Source: an uncultured Actinomycetota bacterium
GTDB lineage: Bacteria; Actinomycetota; Actinomycetes; Propionibacteriales; Nocardioidaceae
Direction: 5' to 3'
Assembly: GCA_963779635.1 (NCBI GenBank)
Contig: CAVZZC010000013.1
Location: 107,874-171,873, forward strand
DNA length: 64,000 nucleotides
The notes below the pieces were generated by a model, which was not told where the DNA came from, did no database searches, and saw nothing but the letters and a program-made list of their open reading frames with translations. The position numbers and the translations under genes are program-made. Shown here piece by piece: positions 35,813 through 47,831 of this stretch (its first letter is position 1; every line of letters begins with the position of its first letter).

Positions 35813-37852
35813 GGCGCGACGACGACCGACCAGGCGACCGCCTTGGCGGAGGAGACGCTCGCGATCGCGTTCTGGGTCGGCCAGGTGCCCGCGGCTGCCG
35901 GGCCGGCGTCGGCGGTCACCGAGCAGACCTGCCCGCTGCCGCTGCCGTTGGCCGTGCCGCGCCGTACGTCGCTGCCGTGCGTCCAGGTGACCGCGGCGTT
36001 GACCTTGGTGACCCAGTAGTGGACCACCCGGGACCCGGGCGTCGACACGGCAACTGCCGGGGCGGTGTGCGTGGCGCTCGTACCGGCCTCGGCCACCGAC
36101 GCCGAGGCGGTGACGGTGCCCCCGCCGGAGTAGGCGACCAGGCTCAGGTCCACCTTGCTCTGGGCGTCCAGCGTGACGCTCACGGTCGAGCCCGCCGTGC
36201 CCGCTGCCGCGCTTCGGGTGAACGCCCACGAGCGCACGTCGGTTCCGTCGGAGCGGGTGCCCAGCAGGGTCCAGCCCGCCGGGGTGCTGGCGGTGGCGGC
36301 ACGGTTGGTCGACACGAACATCACCAGCACGTCGCCGGTCACGACCGAGGCCGGGACCACGACGCTGGTGGTCGCGGAGTTGCGGCTCGAGCCGGCCGCC
36401 GCGCGGAACTCGGCGGTCTCGCCGGTGGGCGGGTCGCTGACGACCACCTGGATGGTGGTGTCGTCGGTTGCCCCGTCGTTGTCGGTGACCGTGAGGGTGA
36501 CGTTGTAGGTCCCCGCCGCGGCGTAGGTGTGAGACGGGGTGGGTCCGGTGCCGGTCCCCCCGTCGCCGAAGGTCCACGCGTACGTCATCGACGGCTCCAT
36601 CGGGATCGGTCGACGTGGTGCCGGAGAAGTCACAGGCCAGCAGGTCGCAGTCGGCCGTCGCTCGCGCGGTGGGTGGCTGGTTGACGGGTGGCACGTCGTC
36701 GCCGGTGAGCGCCACGGAGTACTCCGCCCCGCCGGTCACCCGCGTCGCGTCGCTGACCCCAGGCACGAGAATCGAGGAGGAACGGCTGGTCGCGGTTCCG
36801 TCGCCGAGCTGTCCGGAGCTGTTGTGGCCCCACGCCCGAACGGCGCCGCCCGCGATCACTGCGAGGCCGTGGTCCCGGCCGGAGCCGACGTAGATGGCGT
36901 TCGCCACCCCGAGCACGGTCACCGGCCGGGTGCGCTGCGTGGTGGTGCCGTCGCCGAGCTCGTTGCGGTAGTTGCGGCCCCAGGAGGCCACCTGACCGTT
37001 GGTCCGCAGGGCGTATGAGTGGTGCGCCCCGGTGGCGGCCATCGAGACACCGGTGGTCACCTGGACCGGGGTCAGCCGGTCGGTGAGAGTCCCGTCGCCG
37101 ACCTGGCCGTAGGCGTTCCAGCCCCAGGCCCACGCCGTGCCGTCGCTGCGGACGGCGACGCCGTGGTCGCGGCCGCCTGCGACCTGGACGACGTTCGTGA
37201 GCGTGCCGACGCGCACCGGAGTCAACCGGGTCGTGGTGGTGCCGTCGCCGAGCTGGCCGTCGCCGTTGAGCCCCCAGGCCCACACGGTGCCGTCGGTGGC
37301 CACCGCGTAGCTCATGTCGCGGCCGGCGGCGACGTACTGGTAGGTCCTGGTGCCGGAGACCTTCACCGGCCGGTTGCGGGAGGTCGTGGTGCCGTCGCCG
37401 AGCATCCCGGCGTAGTTGTAGCCCCAGGTCCACACCGAGCCGTCGGCCAGCAGTGCCAGCGAGTGGTAGTGCCCGGTGGACACCATCGTCACGTTGCTGA
37501 GGGTGGTGACCGCGACCGGGCTGGTGCGGTTGCCGCCGTTGACCCCGATGCCGAGCTGTCCCATCGCGTTGCTGCCCCAGGTGACCACGGTGCCGTTCGC
37601 GCGCAGCGCGACCACGTGCTCGCGGCCGGCGTGCACGTCGACGACGTCGGTCAGGCCCTGGACGATCCCCGGGGTGGTGCGCGGCGTGGTGTTGCCGCTG
37701 CCGAGCTCGCCGAAGACGTTCCCTCCCCAGCTGTACGGCGTGCCCGGCGGCGACGGAGCAGCGGCAGCCGTCGTCGCCGGGACGCCGAGCATGGCGATGA
37801 CCACGGCAAGAAGGACAAGCAGGATTCGTGCTCCGGGCACGGTGCGTCTCAT
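35809..37852 (-). pseudogene. Secreted RCC1-repeat + PKD-domain protein, split by a +1 frameshift at ~36586-36589
   Basis: Signal peptide; repeated VWAWGxNxxGQLGDG; PKD PPTARATA..DPDG continues in another frame as TYAWTFGDG..HTYAAAGTYNVTLTVTD. Confidence 0.8.
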
Positions 37853-37922
37853 GCCGCCTCCCTCGCGGTCCACTTCAGGCTAGGAATGCGGGGCGACGGG
37901 GGAATCCCCAGGACTGGGTAGT

Positions 37923-38894
37923 TCAGCGTGGGTGTCGCTCGAGCCACCGCTTGGCCGGGATCGGCTTTCGCGTGGCGTAGCCCTCCGGCAGCAGCACGTC
38001 TCCTTCGGTCGTGAGGTAGTAGATCTGCCAGTGGTAGTAGCCGAGGAAGGCCCGCGGGTCGCGCTCCATCCGCCGCGCGAGCAGGGTCACTCCGCGCACG
38101 TATGCCGGGTGGTTGTTGTAGCGCCACAAGGCACCGGGAATGCCGCCGCGACGGGTGAAGCCGCTGCTCGCCAGGTAGCGCGCGGCGGCCAGGATCGCGT
38201 CGCGCGGGGAGTTGATGTCGCCCTGGCCCCACCGTGCCCAGGTGGACGGGATGAACTGCATCGGCCCCTGGGCGCCGGCGACCGACGTGCCGCGGATCCG
38301 GCCCATGCCGGTCTCGACGAGGTTGATCGCGGCGAGGTACTCCCAGCCGACCCCGAACTCGCGCTCGGCCGCCCGGTAGTAGCTGAGCAGGTCGCGTGCC
38401 GGTGCGGGCCGGACGATCCGCCAGGCCGGCAGGGTGGGGCTGAGGTCGGTGTGCATCGAGCGGAACTCGCGGCGGGACGCGACGTTCGCGGTCACCACCG
38501 GCGCCAGCCGGGCGGGTACGCCGCGGAGCACCCGCTCGTCCCAGGCCGGGCGGGTGCCGAGCACCCGGTAGGCCAGCTGCTGCAGATGGCCGGCCGCTGC
38601 GAGCGCCCGGGCCGGGGTGGCCGGGTCGGCGATCGCGCGCTCGGCGGTCACGATCTGCTCGACCAGCTCGCCCGGCGTGCGAGCTCGGCGCAGTCGCGGC
38701 TCCGACGGCGGTGGCGGCGCCGACGGCTCCGGCGCAAGCGTCTGCGACTCCTCCACGCGCGGTGCTGCTCTCGAGGGCGCAGGCTCGGCCGGATCCCGGT
38801 CCGCCGCGCAGCCCGCGGAGGCGATCAGGACCACGACCAGGGGTGGGAGCCACCTTCGGTGGTTCACGCCCCCAACATAAGGTGGAACCCGCAC
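37923..38894 (-). CDS. Lytic transglycosylase lipoprotein (LpqU-like)
   Basis: Lipobox ASAGC; LAAINLVET, AQGPMQFIPSTW, ALWRYN. Confidence 0.85.
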   Translation of the reverse strand: MRVPPYVGGVNHRRWLPPLVVVLIASAGCAADRDPAEPAPSRAAPRVEESQTLAPEPSAPPPPSEPRLRRARTPGELVEQIVTAERAIADPATPARALAAAGHLQQLAYRVLGTRPAWDERVLRGVPARLAPVVTANVASRREFRSMHTDLSPTLPAWRIVRPAPARDLLSYYRAAEREFGVGWEYLAAINLVETGMGRIRGTSVAGAQGPMQFIPSTWARWGQGDINSPRDAILAAARYLASSGFTRRGGIPGALWRYNNHPAYVRGVTLLARRMERDPRAFLGYYHWQIYYLTTEGDVLLPEGYATRKPIPAKRWLERHPR

Positions 38895-38960
38895 CCCCCG
38901 TCATTCCTGGCCGGGGGCTGAAGTGTTGTCCGCAGCCCGCTACACCCCCCTGGAGCAACC

Positions 38961-42496
<3,536 letters not shown>

Positions 42497-42500
<4 letters not shown>

Positions 42501-43222
42501 GAACCATCCCCCGCGCCCGCCTCGCCGTCGTGGCCGTCGGAGTCGTCGCCGCGGGCCTGCTCTCGGGCTGTGGCGTCGCCGACGAGGGCGTGCGGCCCGG
42601 AGTGGCCGCGAAGGTCGCCGGCACCACCATCGACGTTTCCGACGTGGAGCAGGCGACCGAGGACCGGTGCGAGGTCCTGGGAGAGGTGGCCCAAGAGGAT
42701 GACCAGCCGGTCTCCGGTGCCCGGATCCGCGACCTGGCCCTCCAGTCGGAGGTGCTCCGCGAGGTGGCCAGCCAGCTGGCCGAGGAGCACGACGTGGAGT
42801 CCAGTCAGCTCTACGACGACGCCCAGGCCGAGATCCGCAGCCAGCTCGAGGGTCTCGACGAGGACCTGGTCGACCGCGCGGTGATCACCCTGTCCAGCAC
42901 CGACTACTTCGTGGACATCCTGATCCAGGTGGGTCGCGGCGAGCTCGGCATCTCAGAGGCCGACGACCCGGACGGTCAGCAGGGCTTCGCGGAAGGACTC
43001 GAGATCGCCCAGCAGTGGCAGGAAGAGCACCCCATCGAGACCAACCCGCGCTACTCCGGCATGGAGATCGGCGACTCCGACGAGGGCGTGCTGACCACGC
43101 GCAGCGACATCTCGACGGCGGTCAGCGACTTCGCCCGCGACGCGCTCGGGGCTGCCGAGGACCCGCTGGCCGAGGACCCGGCGTACGCCGCCTCGCTGCC
43201 CGAGTCCCAGCGCTGCGGCTGA
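42497..43222 (+). CDS. Lipoprotein, SurA-N-like
   Basis: Lipobox LLSGC; AAKVAGTTI; IETNPRY; GTGA overlap with mfd. Confidence 0.7.
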
Positions 43223-43226
43223 TCCG

Positions 43227-43625
43227 ATGACTGACGCCGTCTCGGAGTTCGCCGAGGTGATGCGGCGGCTGCGCACCGAGTGCGCGTGGAAGGCCGGGCA
43301 GACCCACGAGTCGCTGGTGCCGTTCCTGCGGGAGGAGACCGAGGAGCTGGTGGAGGCGATCGAGTCCGGCGACGTCGACCACGTGCGCGAGGAGCTCGGC
43401 GACGTGCTGCTGCAGGTGGTCTTCCACGCCGTGATCGCCGAGCAGGCGGGGGAGTTCACCCTCGACGACGTGGCCCGGGGGATCACCGAGAAGATGCGCC
43501 GCCGCAACCCGCACGTCTTCGACCCCGCGTCGATCGGCCGCTCGCCGGACGACCCGCCACTCGACGCGATCGCCATCGACGAGCTGTGGGAGCGGATCAA
43601 GGCCGAGGAGAAGAAGCGGGCCTGA
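43227..43625 (+). CDS. mazG: MazG-family nucleotide pyrophosphohydrolase
   Basis: CAWKAGQTHESL, EETEEL, EELGDVLLQVVFHA, RRNPHVF. Confidence 0.9.
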   Translation: MTDAVSEFAEVMRRLRTECAWKAGQTHESLVPFLREETEELVEAIESGDVDHVREELGDVLLQVVFHAVIAEQAGEFTLDDVARGITEKMRRRNPHVFDPASIGRSPDDPPLDAIAIDELWERIKAEEKKRA

Positions 43626-43749
43626 GGCGGGTGGCGGAACGGCCTCCACGGATCGCGTTTGCGCAGGTCAGAGCGGTGTGACCGGGATCGTCGGTGGCGT
43701 TGCGAGATGGGTTGGCGATTTAGTCGAGTAAGTCACTATGGTTTAGTGC

Positions 43750-44499
43750 GTGAGTCTGATGCAACAGCGGGCCGACCGGGCCCGGCAGGTCGCCGACGTG
43801 CTGCGTCGCCAGGTCCTGCGCGGTCTGCTCCACGACGGCGCGCTCCCGGCCGAGGATGACCTGGCCACCGACTTCGGCGTCTCGCGCAACACCGTGCGTG
43901 AGGCACTGGGCCGGCTCCGCACCGAGGGGCTGGTCACGCGGACCCCGGGCGTTGGCACGTTCGTGGCCGCGGCGAAGTACCCGCACAGCATCGACGACCT
44001 CCAGGGCCTCGCCGAGACCCTCGACGGCCGCGGCGCGGTGCGCAACGAGGTCCGCGTCTCCGGACTCGTCCCGGCGCCGGCCGCGGTCGCGCGTCGGCTC
44101 GGGATCGCGGACGGCGAGCAGGTGGCCTACCTGGAGCGCCGGCGGTTCGCCGACGACGTACCCCTGTCCCTGGACCTGACGTACGTCGTCGGCGACCTCG
44201 GGGTGCAGCTGCTCGAGGAGGACCTCGCCAGCAACGACGTGTTCGCCCTTCTCGAGCGGATCTCCGGCCGGCGCCTCGGCGAGGCCGAGCTGTTCCTCGA
44301 GGCGGTCTCCGCCGACAGCCACTCGGCCGCGATCCTCGAGGTCCCGCCCCGCGCTCCGCTGCTGATGCTGGAACGGCTCACCCGTCTGGATGACGGCCGC
44401 CCGGTCGACCTGGAGTTCATCAGGTTCCGGGGCGACCGGATGACCATGCGCGGCACTGTCCGCCGCCCCTCGAGCGACCCCACAAGGAGAGCTGAATGA
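43750..44499 (+). CDS. GntR (HutC/UTRA) regulator
   Basis: LPAEDDLATDFGVSRNTVREAL; UTRA C-terminus; leaderless TATGGT. Confidence 0.9.
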   Translation: MSLMQQRADRARQVADVLRRQVLRGLLHDGALPAEDDLATDFGVSRNTVREALGRLRTEGLVTRTPGVGTFVAAAKYPHSIDDLQGLAETLDGRGAVRNEVRVSGLVPAPAAVARRLGIADGEQVAYLERRRFADDVPLSLDLTYVVGDLGVQLLEEDLASNDVFALLERISGRRLGEAELFLEAVSADSHSAAILEVPPRAPLLMLERLTRLDDGRPVDLEFIRFRGDRMTMRGTVRRPSSDPTRRAE

Positions 44500-44780
44500 G
44501 CACCCCCCAGAGCACGAAGGCCACCTGCAGCGATGGCAGTCCGCCGGAGCGGCCGTCGCTGGTCGACCAGCGGTTCGACGTCCCCGTCTCGGTGGACCAG
44601 GCCCTGTGCATCGAGGGCTGCAACCTCTGCGTCGAGGTCTGCCCGCTGGACGCGCTGGCGATCGACCCCGAGACCGGCAAGGCCTACATGCACGTGGACG
44701 AGTGCTGGTACTGCGGGCCCTGCGCAGACCGGTGCCCGACCGGTGCCGTGACCGTCAACATCCCGTACCTGCTGCGCTGA
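44496..44780 (+). CDS. 2x[4Fe-4S] ferredoxin (AprB/AsfB-like)
   Basis: CIEGCNLCVEVCP and CWYCGPCADRCP. Confidence 0.9.
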   Translation: MSTPQSTKATCSDGSPPERPSLVDQRFDVPVSVDQALCIEGCNLCVEVCPLDALAIDPETGKAYMHVDECWYCGPCADRCPTGAVTVNIPYLLR

Positions 44781-44791
44781 GGAGCACACCC

Positions 44792-46192
44792 GTGAAGCGA
44801 ACCCTGACCATCCTTGCCTCCGTCGGTCTGGTGGCCGGCGGGCTGAGCTCCTGCTCGCTCGCCGGCGCCGAGGACGACGACAAGGTCATCGTCATCGGCT
44901 ACCAGTCCAAGACGATCAACACCGTCACCGCCGGCACCCTGCTGCGCGACCTCGGCTACTTCGAGGAGCGCCTCGAGGAGATCGACCCCGACCTCGAGGT
45001 CGAGTGGCAGGACTACGACACCGGCGCCCCGATCACCGCCCAGATGCTGGCGGGCAAGATCGACATCGGCTCGATGGGCGACTACCCACTGCTGATCAAC
45101 GGGTCCCGCGCGGGCACCGGCGACGACGGCACCTCGATGGTCGCGGTCACCGGCTACAACCCGCACGGGGCGCTCAACGGCGTCGTGGTCGCGGGGGACT
45201 CCGAAGCCGAGACGCTCAGCGACCTGAAGGGCGGCGACATCTCCGCGAGCGTCGGGTCGGCCGGCCACGGCACCCTGGTCCAGGCGCTGGCGGCCCAGGG
45301 CATCGACCCCACCGACGACGTCAAGGTCGAGAACCAGGACCCGTCGGTGGGCGCCTCGTCCCTCCAGGGCGGGTCGGTCGACGCGGTCGCGCAGTTCGTG
45401 GCCTGGCCGGGCCTGCTGGCCTACCGCGACGACGCCCGGCTCGTCTACGACGGCGGCCGCCTCGACCTGCCGACCCTGCACGGCACGGTTGTGCGCAACG
45501 AGTTCGCGGACGACCAGGAGAAGATCGTCGACGCGTTCCTGCAGGCCCAGATCGACGCCACCGACTACCTCCACGAGAACCCGGTCGACGCCGCCGAGAT
45601 AGTGGCCGACGCGACCGGCCTGCCGGTCGAGGTGGTCTACCTCTACAACGGCCGCAACGGGGTCTCGACGTTCGACACCACGCTGAAGCCGGAGCAGGTC
45701 GACGCCCTCGGCCACGACGTACCGTTCCTGAAGTCGATCGGCGTCCTGGAGGACCCGCTCGACCTCGAGGCCTTCGTCGACGACTCGTTCATCGAGGACG
45801 CCTACGGCACGGCGTACGACGCCGACGCGGCCTCGCTCGAGAACCAGGCCGCCATCACCGGCACCGACGAGGTGTGCAAGAAGGAGGTGGCCGACCCGGC
45901 TCTCGCCGGGGAGATCTGGGTCCAGGGCGAGGACGACACCCGCCCGGTCGCCGATCCTGCGTGCCTGCTCCGCAACGTGCAGCAGGTGACCGCCGAGGGC
46001 GGCGGGCTGCGGGCGGCGTACATCCCCGACGCGGTGACCGGCACCCGGTGGTTCGCCGACCGGATGATCTGGCTCCAGGACGGCAAGGAGCTGCTGCCGT
46101 TCGCCACCCGCGAGACGGCCGACGAGTACGCCGGCGAGCACCCCGGCACCAGCGAACTGACCTGGGTCGAGGCTGTCGAGGCAGCCCGATGA
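44792..46192 (+). CDS. ABC substrate-binding lipoprotein (SsuA/NMT1-like) with C-terminal extension
   Basis: Lipobox LSSC; IDIGSMGDYP; class II binding-protein pattern. Confidence 0.85.
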   Translation: MKRTLTILASVGLVAGGLSSCSLAGAEDDDKVIVIGYQSKTINTVTAGTLLRDLGYFEERLEEIDPDLEVEWQDYDTGAPITAQMLAGKIDIGSMGDYPLLINGSRAGTGDDGTSMVAVTGYNPHGALNGVVVAGDSEAETLSDLKGGDISASVGSAGHGTLVQALAAQGIDPTDDVKVENQDPSVGASSLQGGSVDAVAQFVAWPGLLAYRDDARLVYDGGRLDLPTLHGTVVRNEFADDQEKIVDAFLQAQIDATDYLHENPVDAAEIVADATGLPVEVVYLYNGRNGVSTFDTTLKPEQVDALGHDVPFLKSIGVLEDPLDLEAFVDDSFIEDAYGTAYDADAASLENQAAITGTDEVCKKEVADPALAGEIWVQGEDDTRPVADPACLLRNVQQVTAEGGGLRAAYIPDAVTGTRWFADRMIWLQDGKELLPFATRETADEYAGEHPGTSELTWVEAVEAAR

Positions 46193-47055
46193 CGGCGCTC
46201 CAGGAACGACCGGCCCCGGCCGTCGAGGCGGTCTCGCCGGTCCGACGGTCGCGGTCCCGGCGGACTGTCTCGCCCGTGGTGAGGGCCCGGCGCTGGAGCG
46301 TCCGGCTGGCCTCGGTGGCCATTGCGGTGCTGCTCTGGCACCTGCTCACCGAGCGGGACGTCGTGTTCTGGCTGCGGTTCAACCGGATCCCCGGGCCGGT
46401 CGAGGTGTTCGAGGCGTTCCAGGTGCAGCTCGGGACCTCGCTCTACTACCAGGACCTGGCCCAGAGCCTGATCCGCATCCTCACCGGGTTCGCACTGGCC
46501 TCGGTGCTCGGGATCGGGCTCGGCATCCTGCTGGCCAGGTCCAACTGGATGGCCGACATCTTCCAGCCGCTGCTGGAGATCGCCCGGCCGATCCCGGCGA
46601 TCGCGCTGGTGCCGGTGGCGATCCTGCTGTTCCCGAGCAACGAGCAGGGCATCGTGTTCATCACCGCCACGGCGGCGTTCTTCCCGATCCTGGTGAGCAC
46701 CCGGCACGCCGTACGCGCGCTGCCCACGGTGTGGGAGGACGCCCTGCTGACCATGGGCGCCAGCCGCCGCCGGGTCCTCGGGTCGGTCGTCCTGCCTGGC
46801 ATCGTGCCCGGGATCTTCGGCGGGCTCTCCGTCGGCATGGGCGTCGCCTGGATCTGCGTGATCTCGGCCGAGATGATCTCCGGCGACTTCGGCCTCGGGT
46901 ACCGAACCTGGCAGGCCTACACGATCGTCGACTACCCCAACGTCCTCGTCGGCATGCTCTCGATCGGCGCCATCGGCTGGATCACGTCCGGCTGCGTCGA
47001 GCTCGTCGGCCGACGACTCACCCGCTGGCTCTCGAGCGAGCAGAGGAGCGCCTGA
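46189..47055 (+). CDS. ABC permease (SsuC/TauC-like)
   Basis: RPIPAIALVP, EDALLTMGASRRR, ISAEMI. Confidence 0.9.
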   Translation: MTALQERPAPAVEAVSPVRRSRSRRTVSPVVRARRWSVRLASVAIAVLLWHLLTERDVVFWLRFNRIPGPVEVFEAFQVQLGTSLYYQDLAQSLIRILTGFALASVLGIGLGILLARSNWMADIFQPLLEIARPIPAIALVPVAILLFPSNEQGIVFITATAAFFPILVSTRHAVRALPTVWEDALLTMGASRRRVLGSVVLPGIVPGIFGGLSVGMGVAWICVISAEMISGDFGLGYRTWQAYTIVDYPNVLVGMLSIGAIGWITSGCVELVGRRLTRWLSSEQRSA

Positions 47056-47831
47056 TGTCTGATCACACCCCGTCCGCCGTACGGACCGCTGACCTGTCCC
47101 TGGGCTACGCCGGAGAGGCGGTCGTCGAGAACATCGACCTCGACGTCGCGCCCGGCGAGATCCTGGTCGTGCTCGGCCACTCCGGCTGCGGCAAGTCCAC
47201 CCTGCTGCGTGCGATCGCCGGGCTGATCAAGCCGATCGCCGGCCAGGTCGTCGCTGACGGCCGCCGCGTGGAGGGCCCCGATGCCGACCGAGCCCTGGTC
47301 TTCCAGGACGACGCGCTGCTTCCGTGGCGCTCGGCCCGGCGCAACGTCGAGCTGCCGCTGGCGGTTCAGGGCGTCGGCCGGGCCGAGCGGCGGCGGCGCG
47401 CCGACGAGTGGCTGTCGCGGGTGGGTCTGTCCCGCTTCGCCGAGCGGCTGCCCGGCCAGCTCTCTGGTGGCATGCGGCAGCGGGTGCAGCTCGCCCGCGC
47501 CCTGGCCAGCGAGCCCGGCGTCATCTGTATGGACGAGCCGTTCGGGGCGCTCGACGCGCAGACCCGCGGGTCGATGCAGCAGCTGCTGGTCGAGGCCTGG
47601 CAGACCTCGGGATGCACGATCGTGTTCGTCACCCACGACGTCGACGAGGCGCTCGTGCTGGGTGACCGGATCGTCGTCCTCGGCCGGTACGGCGTGGTGT
47701 CGGAGCACCGGATCGAGCACCCGCGCGACCCGGAGCGGCCGCCCGGCCCGGACTTCCGGGCCGCGGTGCTCGACGAGCTCTCGACCACGCAGTCGCTGGC
47801 GCCGGTCGAGGTCGGGCGGGCGGTGGCATGA
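47055..47831 (+). CDS. ABC ATPase (SsuB/TauB-like)
   Basis: GHSGCGKST, LSGGMRQR, MDEPFGALD. Confidence 0.92.
   Translation: MSDHTPSAVRTADLSLGYAGEAVVENIDLDVAPGEILVVLGHSGCGKSTLLRAIAGLIKPIAGQVVADGRRVEGPDADRALVFQDDALLPWRSARRNVELPLAVQGVGRAERRRRADEWLSRVGLSRFAERLPGQLSGGMRQRVQLARALASEPGVICMDEPFGALDAQTRGSMQQLLVEAWQTSGCTIVFVTHDVDEALVLGDRIVVLGRYGVVSEHRIEHPRDPERPPGPDFRAAVLDELSTTQSLAPVEVGRAVA

Noticed and set aside
35618-36590. C-terminal third of the 751-aa track ORF
   Set aside because: Off-frame after the PKD frameshift, and it overlaps the VOC gene on the other strand.
38912-38950. Possible PafBC promoter for mfd (TTGTCCGCA..TACACC)
   Set aside because: Spacer too short and both elements mismatch the consensus.
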